Shown piece by piece: positions 1-7,746 of a DNA stretch of 32,000 bases. Under the pieces are notes generated by a model, which was not told where the DNA came from, did no database searches, and was given only the letters and a program-made list of their open reading frames with translations. How positions within the stretch are numbered: position 1 is the first letter of the stretch; each line of letters starts with the position of its first letter. Origin of the DNA: Synechococcus sp. A15-24 (GTDB taxonomy: Bacteria; Cyanobacteriota; Cyanobacteriia; PCC-6307; Cyanobiaceae); contig NZ_CP047960.1 of the NCBI RefSeq assembly GCF_014280195.1, positions 1,500,001 to 1,532,000 of the forward strand, read 5' to 3'. The translations under genes and the position numbers were made by a program.

Positions 1-169
1 ATCCATAGAGAGGAATCAGCCAGGCGGTCTGGATAGGAAGCGAGAGCTCCTGAGTCAAAACGGCAAGCGGGATCGGGATCGGGCTGGTCGTTGATTGGCC
101 GGCGAATCTAGGTACGACACCGTGTTCTGGGCGCTCTTTGTGAACGGCTGTAGTAGTGGTGCTGTGGTA

Positions 170-727
170 TCAGAGACGACGTGTGGCACCGCTGACGATC
201 AGAGCGGGCTCTACTTCCTGATGGGGGCGAGCAATGATGTGAGCGGCGACAAGTCCGTCACCCACACGCTCACAGGCATCTGCCCCCGCGCGAACAGCAG
301 CGTTGACTGCACCTGTTTCACCACGAACCATCACGGTGACGTAGCCACCACCGACGTACTCGCGGCAGATCAGGCTGACTTCAGCCGCCTTGGTCATGGC
401 ATCAGCCGCTTCGATGGCAGGGACCATGCCACGGGTTTCGATCATGCCCAGGGCAATGCCCTGCACAGGGCTTGCAGCGGGAGCGGTGTTGCTCACAGGC
501 TTTGCAACGCTGCCGCCACCTGCCGAGCCCGACGCTGCGCTTCTGCGGGTGGTGGTGGTGGTGTTGCTGCGACGGGTGGTTGAGGGTGCTGGGGTGGGAG
601 CCGGCGTGGAAGCGGCCGAAGCAGCGGGCTTTGCGGGGGTGGCCACGGGCTTCACATCAACGGTCTTATTCGCTGCAGCACTGCTGCGGGTGGTGCGGCG
701 ACGGGGTGTGGGGGACGGGGTGGCCAT
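170..727 (-). CDS. csoS1E: Carboxysome shell protein of the CsoS1E type: a C-terminal BMC-H domain preceded by an ~87-aa Ala/Pro/Thr/Arg-rich low-complexity N-terminal extension
   Basis: Lies in ORF 170..805(-). The C-terminal half (GIALGMIETRGMVPAIEAADAMTKAAEV...GDGLVAAHIIARPH) is a close paralogue of the CsoS1 at 7435..7746. I trimmed the start to the ATG at 727 (MATPSPT...), because the longer ORF would run into csoS4B (stop at 780). It is the last gene of the cso operon. Confidence 0.85.
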   Translation of the reverse strand: MATPSPTPRRRTTRSSAAANKTVDVKPVATPAKPAASAASTPAPTPAPSTTRRSNTTTTTRRSAASGSAGGGSVAKPVSNTAPAASPVQGIALGMIETRGMVPAIEAADAMTKAAEVSLICREYVGGGYVTVMVRGETGAVNAAVRAGADACERVGDGLVAAHIIARPHQEVEPALIVSGATRRL

Positions 728-779
728 GGGGAGAAGGGAGTGGAAGCGGAACGGAAACGGCGGAAGGAGGGAAAGCTCC

Positions 780-1031
780 CTATCCGTCCGGATTCCAGTG
801 ATCAATGATCCCGCCGATGGTTAGATCGGTGAGAACCTTGTTGTCCGGGCAGGCATGCCGGGCAGCGGAGCCGCTGGCAGTGAACACCCAGTTGCCCTCA
901 CAGGCACCCACGGGATCCACGGCCACCAGCTTCTTGCCTTTGGCATTGCGAAGGATGCGCAGGTGCATGTGATCCAGCCCCGCCACGCGGAAGCTGCACA
1001 CCAAGGTGCCCATCACCTGCATGATCTCCAT
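780..1031 (-). CDS. csoS4B: Carboxysome vertex (pentamer) protein CsoS4B, EutN/CcmL family
   Basis: The 83-aa ORF (MEIMQVMGTLVCSFRVAGLDHMHLRIL...GIIDHWNPDG) has the typical EutN/CcmL fold signature. Its ATG overlaps the csoS4A stop (ATGA at 1028-1031 on the minus strand). Its position after csoS4A is canonical. Confidence 0.9.
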   Translation of the reverse strand: MEIMQVMGTLVCSFRVAGLDHMHLRILRNAKGKKLVAVDPVGACEGNWVFTASGSAARHACPDNKVLTDLTIGGIIDHWNPDG

Positions 1032-1351
1032 CAGACGCTCGCGCCTCCGGCAGGATTTGCTGTGGGTGCAGGGGTGGGAGCCGGCGCAGGAGCTGGGGTC
1101 TTCGGTGGGTCAGGTTCCCAGTGATCGATGATCCCCACGATGGTGAGGTCACTGGGATAAGACTTACTGCCAGCCGCTTCACGGGCGGCGGAGCTGCTGA
1201 CGCAGATCACCCAGTCTCCGGGTTTCGCACCGACCGCATCGACAGCCACCTTCTTGGCGCTGCCGTCCTGCACCACCTGAAGATGCTTGTGCTCGAAATC
1301 CGGAATGCGGTTGGTGGAGACGAGCGGCTTGATGACCTTGACGATGAGCAT
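1031..1351 (-). CDS. csoS4A: Carboxysome vertex protein CsoS4A (EutN/CcmL family) with a 27-aa Pro/Ala-rich C-terminal tail
   Basis: Lies in ORF 1031..1441(-). I chose the ATG at 1351 (MLIVKVIKPLVSTNRIPDFEHKHLQVV...), which sits 2 nt after the csoS3 stop at 1354; the longer ORF would overlap csoS3. It is a paralogue of csoS4B. Confidence 0.88.
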   Translation of the reverse strand: MLIVKVIKPLVSTNRIPDFEHKHLQVVQDGSAKKVAVDAVGAKPGDWVICVSSSAAREAAGSKSYPSDLTIVGIIDHWEPDPPKTPAPAPAPTPAPTANPAGGASV

Positions 1352-1353
1352 GA

Positions 1354-3093
1354 TCAGTGAGCCTCCTGAAGCGGGGGGGCGAGGGTGGAACCGACCACCT
1401 CGGCGGGGGCCGTCTGGTTGCGATCCCGAACGGTGAGGCAAGTGTGGAGCAGGCCCTGGTTCACAAACTCGCCGTAGCGATCTGAGATGGCCTGATTCAC
1501 CCGCTCACAATCGGCAATCGCCCGCTCCCGGGCACCGGGAACACGGCCTGAATAGTCGAAGCGAACGACCACCGGGATCGGCAGATCGCGGGACACATTC
1601 AGACCTTTGAAGATCTTGACCCCGACATCGAGATCAGGAGCACCTTCTTCAACGGTGTCCAAATGGGCGAAGTAGGTGAGATTGCGAAGGTGAACCTCCT
1701 TGAAGCCGATCCCGACACCGATGAAACGTTCAGCGTGGCCTGCATCGGGGTATGGCGCTCCGTGCAAATCCTGCACGTAATCAATCTGAGAAAAGTTGTT
1801 GGCGATCAAGCGGGTCAGAAACGCCACCGTGCCGGGCTCCATTGGTCCCGGTGCTTCAGCCTCGATCGCCTCGGCGATCTGAGCCATGGCTTGATCCGCC
1901 GTCATCGACGCCGTCGCGGCATGGAGTTCACGCGCACAGAGCCATTGATCAAGCACCATCTCGCTGTCCCGAGTCGGGGGATGGACCCGAATCGCGTCGG
2001 TGTCGGTGTCAAGGCCGATCAACAACAGATCCACGGACGCTCCGCAGCAGAAGCTGTTTTCCACCGCTTCACGGAAATCGAGCAGCCGCTGGTGGCCAGC
2101 GGAAGCGGCAAGTTCATCGTTGCTGCCATGGGCTGCGCAGCCCTGGTGCTGAGGGTCGAGGGAACTGAAGTGGTAGGTCACCACCTTCAGGTACCGGGTC
2201 GGCTCCGTGGCGGGATTCGGCATTCCCTCGCGGTGTCGCCGGTGCTCAGTCTTCACCCAGCGGTTGACTGTGTTTTCCACATCGAACATCGCGCCAGCAT
2301 GGGAGCGGCGGCGCACAGCACTGAATGGAATGCGCAAGGCGTAAGCCACCGTGTGGGCCAGACGGCCATCGGCGCAGGGACTGACATCGAGCAGATGGAT
2401 GCCGCAATCGAGCAGAAATTGCTCGAAATCCCTGGCGGCGGCGCTGCCAGCGGCCCCATCAAGCGGGTCGTCCTGAAAAAAACGATCACTGAACAACCGA
2501 TGGCTTTCAAACACGCACCAGGCGAACAGCGCCCGCATATCGAGGGGTCGCACCCAGGCTCTCTCGAGGATGTGCTGAGGGAGGTCGAATCCCAACTCAG
2601 CGCGTGTAAGTCGCTGCGATTGCTCAATGAAATCAGGCTCATGCTGGAGCGCTGAAACCCGTTGCAGCAGGGGAACAATGCGATCAAATCGCCCCTTCAC
2701 CTCCTGCTCGTAGGCGCGCAGCCGTTCGTTGGCAGCGGTATCGGTGAGGGGGTGCTGCCGATGGGTGATCGGCAGGGATGAGCGACTCAGGTTGAACAGC
2801 ACCCCGGAGGTTGCGCCCTTGTCGCGACGGACCCAACCCGGTTGGCGTTGATCGCGGGCGGACCGGACCCGACCACCACCGATGGAACCTTGAACCAACG
2901 TGGCCGCTTTGCCGGCTGTGGTAAGTGCACGCCTGCGCTGCAGAGCGGCATCTCGGGTTGTGGAGACGACCGCTTCAGACGCGCTGGCCTGGTTCTTTGA
3001 TTCAGCTGCAGAAACAGTGTTCTGCAGCTGCCGGCGGGTTGGTGCCGTGGGGGCCTGAGGTCGCCCGCCGCGGAGAGGCATGGAGCGAACCAT
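1354..3093 (-). CDS. csoS3: Carboxysomal beta-class carbonic anhydrase CsoSCA (CsoS3)
   Basis: A 579-aa ORF located between csoS2 and csoS4A, as in all cso operons. The sequence is recognisable as CsoS3 family (e.g. ...LLDVSPCADGRLAH..., ...CAAHGSNDE...). An alternative start is M5 at 3081. Confidence 0.9.
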   Translation of the reverse strand: MVRSMPLRGGRPQAPTAPTRRQLQNTVSAAESKNQASASEAVVSTTRDAALQRRRALTTAGKAATLVQGSIGGGRVRSARDQRQPGWVRRDKGATSGVLFNLSRSSLPITHRQHPLTDTAANERLRAYEQEVKGRFDRIVPLLQRVSALQHEPDFIEQSQRLTRAELGFDLPQHILERAWVRPLDMRALFAWCVFESHRLFSDRFFQDDPLDGAAGSAAARDFEQFLLDCGIHLLDVSPCADGRLAHTVAYALRIPFSAVRRRSHAGAMFDVENTVNRWVKTEHRRHREGMPNPATEPTRYLKVVTYHFSSLDPQHQGCAAHGSNDELAASAGHQRLLDFREAVENSFCCGASVDLLLIGLDTDTDAIRVHPPTRDSEMVLDQWLCARELHAATASMTADQAMAQIAEAIEAEAPGPMEPGTVAFLTRLIANNFSQIDYVQDLHGAPYPDAGHAERFIGVGIGFKEVHLRNLTYFAHLDTVEEGAPDLDVGVKIFKGLNVSRDLPIPVVVRFDYSGRVPGARERAIADCERVNQAISDRYGEFVNQGLLHTCLTVRDRNQTAPAEVVGSTLAPPLQEAH

Positions 3094-3100
3094 CAGCGGA

Positions 3101-5443
3101 TCAGCCCCTTGCGCCGCCTGAGACGGTAATCAGGGAACCCTTTTCGGTGTTGCCGCTGGAACCAGTCACACGGCTGACGGGCCACTCGTTCTCTTCATTG
3201 CGCTTGCGCTCGTGAGGAGCCATGGCACTCATCGGGCCGGGACGCGTGGGGTTACGACGACGGGCGGACACACCCTCAGTTCCGGTGACGTGCTCACCAC
3301 GGTCCCAGTCGTCACCTGTGATTTTGGTGGAGGAACCCTCCCCGGTGACCCGGGAGGCGGGCTGTTCAGCCGGTTCGCTCACCACCGCCACGGTGGGTTG
3401 GAACTGACGACGTTGGAATTCAAGGTTATCGAAACGGAACTGCTCGGTGCCGGTGACCTTGCCACCGGCCAGATCAAAAGGGCCTGTGATGCGGTTGCCC
3501 TGCTCGTAGGAGGTACCGGTAACAGCACCCTGGCCCTCGCGCTGCTGCTGAGCGGCACGGGCGGGAGACATCACACTGAAGCGTGTCCAGGCCGCACCTT
3601 CAGGGGCTTGGCCATGGCTGTCGGTGCCCACTGGAGCCTCGTTGCCACAGGCCGTGGCGAGCTGGTCTGCGCCGAGATAGGGGGTGCCGGTGACGGCTTC
3701 ACAGGCTCCCTTTTCACCTCCCGTCATCACACCACCCACACCGGGCTGGATGCCGGTCATGGCAGCAGACGGCGTACCAAGACGCACAGGAGTGCGCTCG
3801 CGAATGGCCTGAACAGCAGAATTTCCGCAGTGCTGGCCAGCATTTTCGAGTCCGGCATAGGGGGTGCCGGTGACGGCCTTACAGGTGCCGGGTTCATCGC
3901 CTGTGACTCGCTCGGAGCGACCAGTGCGGGTGCCACTCACCACCTGATTGCGGTTGGTGACGCTGAAGCCGACCTTGGCGGCTTCCGGCTCAGGTTTGCT
4001 ACCGCAGAAGGCATTGACCTGTTCAGCGCTGATGTATTGATCGCCGGTGACGCGATGGCAAGAACCAAACTCATTACCGGTTACCTGGGAGGAGCGACCC
4101 ACCATGGTTCCTGTCACACCCGTACCAGAGAGGGTTCCCGATTGGCCAACCTTGGCGGCAGGGCGACCGTCGGGGAGGGGATCTGACCCGAGATATTGAT
4201 CACCGGTGAGGCTGCGGCCAGCCCCGGCTTCATCACCGGTGACGCTGGAGGAACGACCCACCATCACGCCGCTGACCGGACGACCCTGCTGCGTGAGGCT
4301 GCGACCCACCTTGCGGGGTGACACCTGCGAGCTGCCGCAATAGGCAGCGGACTGGTTAGCAGAAATGTATTCAGTACCCGTCACGCTTTTGCAGGTGCCG
4401 GGCTCGTCACCGGTGACCTTTTCGGAACGGCCGACTTCATTGCCGGTGACGCGGTTGCCATGGCTAGTGGCGGTGACGCGAACCTTGGGGGGGGTGGTGG
4501 GCTCAGGTGCCTGCTGGCAGAACGTTTGGAACACTTCGGCACCCAGATATTCGGTGCCAGTAATCGAGCGGCAGGTGCTGGCCTCGTTGCCGGTGGTCTT
4601 CACCGAACGGTTGGCCTGAGTACCGGTCACGGTCTGGCCGGAACTCGTGGTGCTTTCACCCACCTTCCAGTGGGCATCCGCTGCAGCAGCCTGCTTGGCG
4701 CCGTGGCGGTTGGGACCGGTTGGGCGGGTTGCACCAGCGCTTTGCTTGTTGCGCGCACCAGCCTTGGTGCGCAGCTCACGCACCCGCTGAGCCAGCTCGC
4801 GGCTGGTGAGATCAGGGTTGGCTTGGCGGGCGACAGCAGCAGCACTGGTGGGTTGCTTACCAGCGGTTTTGCCGTGTTTCGCCATCGCTTCGCGGCGGGC
4901 CAACACCAGCGCACGGCTGGGGTTCTCGATGGCACGGCGCTTGGGCGCTGCACTGCGACGGTCGGAACGGGGCGTCAGAGAAGTGGTACGTGCACTCAGT
5001 TGATCCTTTTCAGCAGCGCGCTTGCCGCCACATCCACAGGATTTTTGCTCTTCAACCGGTGCTGCAGCAGGAGCAGCAGCCTTGGTTTGGCGAGAGACAT
5101 CAGCGCGGTTACGGTCGCGGCTGGTGTCTGCGGTCTTGCCGCGGCGGGACAGGGCATCACGGCGAGCCAGCACCAGGTCCCTGCTGGGATGACGCTGAGG
5201 CTTCACATGAGAACTACGGGAGGGGGAAGCCGGAGTGAACGACACCGTGGGTTTCACGGGAGCGGAGACTGCTGGAGCCGTGGGCTCAACAGCGGCCGCA
5301 GCGTCCGTGCGGGTGGGAGGTGCGTCGGAGGCAGTGCGCACGCGATTGGCACCATCTCCTGCAGCCACAGAAGACTTCTTACCGGAGGTTGTCAGCGCCT
5401 TGCGGCGCTCAAGTGCGAGTTCGCGACTAGAAAGTCTTGCCAT
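3101..5443 (-). CDS. csoS2: Carboxysome scaffold protein CsoS2 (intrinsically disordered). It has four N-repeats of the RxxxLxRRxAxxxxGK type, six ~60-aa middle repeats rich in [VI]TG and Cys, and C-terminal repeats
   Basis: A 780-aa ORF. N-repeats lie at aa 7-22, 88-103, 177-192 and 215-231. Recurrent VTGxE/CxxVTGTxY units are visible by eye. It sits between rbcS and csoS3. Confidence 0.95.
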   Translation of the reverse strand: MARLSSRELALERRKALTTSGKKSSVAAGDGANRVRTASDAPPTRTDAAAAVEPTAPAVSAPVKPTVSFTPASPSRSSHVKPQRHPSRDLVLARRDALSRRGKTADTSRDRNRADVSRQTKAAAPAAAPVEEQKSCGCGGKRAAEKDQLSARTTSLTPRSDRRSAAPKRRAIENPSRALVLARREAMAKHGKTAGKQPTSAAAVARQANPDLTSRELAQRVRELRTKAGARNKQSAGATRPTGPNRHGAKQAAAADAHWKVGESTTSSGQTVTGTQANRSVKTTGNEASTCRSITGTEYLGAEVFQTFCQQAPEPTTPPKVRVTATSHGNRVTGNEVGRSEKVTGDEPGTCKSVTGTEYISANQSAAYCGSSQVSPRKVGRSLTQQGRPVSGVMVGRSSSVTGDEAGAGRSLTGDQYLGSDPLPDGRPAAKVGQSGTLSGTGVTGTMVGRSSQVTGNEFGSCHRVTGDQYISAEQVNAFCGSKPEPEAAKVGFSVTNRNQVVSGTRTGRSERVTGDEPGTCKAVTGTPYAGLENAGQHCGNSAVQAIRERTPVRLGTPSAAMTGIQPGVGGVMTGGEKGACEAVTGTPYLGADQLATACGNEAPVGTDSHGQAPEGAAWTRFSVMSPARAAQQQREGQGAVTGTSYEQGNRITGPFDLAGGKVTGTEQFRFDNLEFQRRQFQPTVAVVSEPAEQPASRVTGEGSSTKITGDDWDRGEHVTGTEGVSARRRNPTRPGPMSAMAPHERKRNEENEWPVSRVTGSSGNTEKGSLITVSGGARG
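3644..4660 (-). repeat. Intragenic periodic repeats encoding the CsoS2 middle-region units (~180-nt period)
   Basis: Six protein-level units were read from the translation. At DNA level, a 21-nt identical stretch ATAGGGGGTGCCGGTGACGGC occurs at 3677-3697 and 3857-3877, exactly 180 nt apart; both copies encode AVTGTPY. Confidence 0.85.
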
Positions 5444-5492
5444 GTCCGCCCGAGGGTGTCGTCGTGAGGTGGAAGGGCACCTGCCCCTCCGG

Positions 5493-5524
5493 AAAAAACT
5501 GGAGCCCTGATCAGGTCAGGGCTC
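5493..5524 (-). terminator. Candidate intrinsic terminator/attenuator between rbcS and csoS2
   Basis: On the minus-strand RNA the structure reads GAGCCCUGA-CCUGA-UCAGGGCUC, a perfect 9-bp stem with a 5-nt loop. It is followed by CAG and then U6 (A6 at 5493-5498 on the plus strand). It lies 20 nt after the rbcS stop. Confidence 0.5.
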
Positions 5525-5544
5525 GGAACCAAAGGTTCGAAGGA

Positions 5545-5886
5545 TCAGCGTCCTTCGAAAACCACGAAGCATGCACCCTGGCTCTGGGTGTAAGCGTCGT
5601 AACCGACGATGCGCACGTGGTGGTCGGGGTATGCGCGGTGGCAAGCCTCGAGCTCACTGACGACAACGTTCAGATCCTTCTCACCGAAGAAGGGGAGCTT
5701 CCAATAGGACCAGTAGGTGGCCATGGAGTTGCTGGGATGGACGTGCTCAACGAGCGGGCTCCAACCCTGGGCAATGATGTACGCGATCTGGTCGTAGATC
5801 TCGTCCTGGGTCATCGGCGGGAGGAAGCCGAAGGTCTCCAGGGTGGCGACTGTTTGGTAGTCACCCACGGTGCTCTGGAAAGGCAT
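5545..5886 (-). CDS. rbcS: RuBisCO small subunit, form IA
   Basis: The 113-aa ORF (MPFQSTVGDYQTVATLETFGFLPPMTQDEIYDQIAYIIAQGWSPLVEH...) is a clear CbbS/RbcS sequence, located directly downstream of rbcL. Confidence 0.97.
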   Translation of the reverse strand: MPFQSTVGDYQTVATLETFGFLPPMTQDEIYDQIAYIIAQGWSPLVEHVHPSNSMATYWSYWKLPFFGEKDLNVVVSELEACHRAYPDHHVRIVGYDAYTQSQGACFVVFEGR

Positions 5887-5914
5887 GGGGATCCTGGGTT
5901 TAAGAAAAAGGGTT

Positions 5915-5935
5915 GGCCGGTTACATCAACCGGCC
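5915..5935 (-). other. Stem-loop in the rbcL-rbcS spacer
   Basis: GGCCGGTT / AACCGGCC form a perfect 8-bp stem with a 5-nt loop. On the minus-strand RNA it is followed after 5 nt by UUUUUCUU. Confidence 0.4.
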
Positions 5936-5945
5936 GAAGAAACGA

Positions 5946-7361
5946 TCAGTTCTGAACGTCGAGCTTGTCGACGGTGTCGAACTCGAACTTGATCTCCTTC
6001 CAGGTCTCGAGGGCGATAGCCAGCTCGGGGCTGTGCTTGCCGGCTTCCATAAGGATGTCGCGGCTCTCTTTCTCGAGATGACGGCCGGCGTTGCGGGCCT
6101 TGACGCAAGCCTCAAGGGCCACGCGGTTGGCCGCAGCACCTGCAGCGGAACCCCAGGGGTGACCGTGGGTACCACCACCGAACTGCAGAACGGAGTCGTC
6201 GCCGAAGATGGTGACCAGGGCGGGCATGTGCCAGACGTGAATACCGCCGGAAGCAACGGCGAACACGCCAGGCATGGAACCCCAGTCCTGATCGAAGAAG
6301 TTGCCGCGGCTGCGGTCTTCGGGCACGAAGGATTCGCGCAGCTGGTCGATATAGCCGAGGGTGGTTTGACGATCACCTTCAAGCTTTCCGACCACGGTGC
6401 CGGTGTGGAGCTGGTCACCACCGGACAGACGCAGACACTTGGCGAGAACGCGGAAGTGGATGCCGTGCTTGGGATGACGGTCGATCACCGCGTGCATGGC
6501 ACGGTGGATGTGCAGCAGCATGCCGTTCTTACGGCACCACTTCGACAGACCGGTGTTGGCGGTGAAGCCACCGGTGATGAAGTCGTGCATGATGATCGGC
6601 ATGCCGAGTTCCTTGGCGAACTCAGCGCGCTCATACATCTCTTCGGGAGTGTTGGCAGTCACGTTGAGGTAGTGACCTTTGCGCTCGCCGGTCTCCTGCT
6701 CGGACAGCTTGATAGCTTCCGCAACGAATTCGAAGCGGTTCTGCCAACGCTGGAAGGGCTGGGAGTTGATGTTCTCGTCGTCCTTGGTGAAGTCCAGACC
6801 GCCACGCAGGCACTCATAGACAACACGGCCGTAGTTCTTACCGCTCAGGCCGAGCTTCGGCTTGATGGTGCAACCCAGCAGGGGACGGCCGTACTTGTTC
6901 ATCCGGTCACGCTCGACCTGGATGCCGTTCGGCGGGCCGTAGCAGCTCTTGATGAACGCCATCGGGAAGCGGATGTCTTCCAGACGGAGGTGACGCAGTG
7001 CCTTGAAACCGAACACGTTGCCGACCAGGGAGGTCAGAACGTTGGTGATGGAACCCTCTTCGAACAGGTCGAGGGGGTAGGCGATGAAGGCATAGAACGA
7101 CTCCTTGTCACCAGGGACGTCTTCGATGCGGTAGCAGCGGCCTTTGTAGAAGTCGAGGTCGGTGAGGAGCTCGGACCACACAGTGGACCAGGTGCCGGTG
7201 GAGGATTCAGCAGCCACAGCAGCGGCAACTTCTTCCTTGGGCACACCGTCCTGGCCGGTGCACTTGAAACAGGCCAGCAGGTCGGTGTCGAGGGGAACGT
7301 AATCAGGAGTCCAGTAAGTGTCCCTGTACTCCTTGACCCCAGCGTCGTACTTCTTGCTCAT
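5946..7361 (-). CDS. rbcL: RuBisCO large subunit, form IA
   Basis: The 471-aa ORF is unmistakably RbcL ([21 protein letters not shown]...[16 protein letters not shown]...). Confidence 0.99.
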   Translation of the reverse strand: MSKKYDAGVKEYRDTYWTPDYVPLDTDLLACFKCTGQDGVPKEEVAAAVAAESSTGTWSTVWSELLTDLDFYKGRCYRIEDVPGDKESFYAFIAYPLDLFEEGSITNVLTSLVGNVFGFKALRHLRLEDIRFPMAFIKSCYGPPNGIQVERDRMNKYGRPLLGCTIKPKLGLSGKNYGRVVYECLRGGLDFTKDDENINSQPFQRWQNRFEFVAEAIKLSEQETGERKGHYLNVTANTPEEMYERAEFAKELGMPIIMHDFITGGFTANTGLSKWCRKNGMLLHIHRAMHAVIDRHPKHGIHFRVLAKCLRLSGGDQLHTGTVVGKLEGDRQTTLGYIDQLRESFVPEDRSRGNFFDQDWGSMPGVFAVASGGIHVWHMPALVTIFGDDSVLQFGGGTHGHPWGSAAGAAANRVALEACVKARNAGRHLEKESRDILMEAGKHSPELAIALETWKEIKFEFDTVDKLDVQN

Positions 7362-7434
7362 GGGAAAACTCCGTTAGGTCGGTGAAGGGGGGATGAGACG
7401 TTCGCGTGCCTCGTCAGAGGCTCAGCGGAAGATC

Positions 7435-7746
7435 TCAGTCCTTCTGACCGAGGAAGTTGCCGTTGCCCAGTGCAGGCTCCACTTCGCGGTGGGGGCGGGC
7501 AATGATGTGAGCAGCCACGAGGCCGTCGCCGACGCGCTCGCAGGCATCAGCGCCGGCGCGCACAGCAGCGTTCACAGCGCCGGTTTCGCCGCGCACCAGA
7601 ACGGTGACGTAGCCGCCGCCGACGAACTCACGACCGATCAGGCGCACTTCGGCAGCCTTGGTCATGGCATCAGCTGCCTCGATGGCGGGGACCAGACCGC
7701 GGGTCTCGATCATGCCGAGGGCGATGCCCATGGTTTCGTTAGCCAT
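7435..7746 (-). CDS. csoS1: Major carboxysome shell hexamer protein CsoS1 (BMC-H)
   Basis: A 103-aa ORF (MANETMGIALGMIETRGLVPAIEAADAMTKAAEVRLIGREFVGGGYVTVLVRGETGAV...). It is the first gene of the cso operon. Confidence 0.97.
   Translation of the reverse strand: MANETMGIALGMIETRGLVPAIEAADAMTKAAEVRLIGREFVGGGYVTVLVRGETGAVNAAVRAGADACERVGDGLVAAHIIARPHREVEPALGNGNFLGQKD

Noticed and set aside
71-84. Tandem GATCGGG GATCGGG.
   Set aside because: It is only two copies of a 7-mer in non-coding DNA, with no further periodicity, so it is compatible with chance.
1-169. A possible further minus-strand gene starting at the ATG at 6-4 (ATGGAT...) downstream of csoS1E. It could be, for example, the PCD-like Rubisco assembly factor often found there.
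   Set aside because: Only two codons lie inside the window, so nothing can be supported. I also found no convincing terminator hairpin after csoS1E in 1-169.
3644-4660. Regularly spaced (~180 nt) repeats that could suggest a repeat array.
   Set aside because: They are in frame inside csoS2 and encode the known ~60-aa middle-region repeats. The period and degeneracy are wrong for CRISPR, and there are no unique spacers.
3101-5443. A Halothiobacillus-style programmed -1 frameshift producing CsoS2A/CsoS2B.
   Set aside because: I found no X XXY YYZ heptamer of the characterised type near the end of the middle region. I did not find the CCCAAAG heptamer as I recall it, which I am unsure is the exact characterised sequence. 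Cyanobacterial CsoS2 is generally described as a single isoform. Only the C8 tract at 4487-4494 is noted separately as a low-probability slippage site.
5525-5544. GGTTCGAAGG, resembling a tRNA T-arm (GGTTCGAATCC), in the rbcS-csoS2 spacer.
   Set aside because: No acceptor-stem complementarity, D-arm or anticodon arm can be built from the surrounding 100 nt. The sequence is only a 5-bp GAACC/GGTTC mini-hairpin.
5913-7385. A 490-aa plus-strand ORF, with similar long ORFs at 1663..2655(+), 3212..4186(+), 4460..5467(+), 12922..13740(-), 14065..14850(+), 17745..18683(+), 24833..26077(-) and 27988..29475(+).
   Set aside because: Each lies exactly antisense to a confidently recognised gene (rbcL, csoS3, csoS2, chlL, por, M50, rps1b, FAD protein). 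Each translates to low-complexity Gly/Ala/Arg/His/Val-rich sequence with no family features. These are typical shadow ORFs of high-GC DNA.
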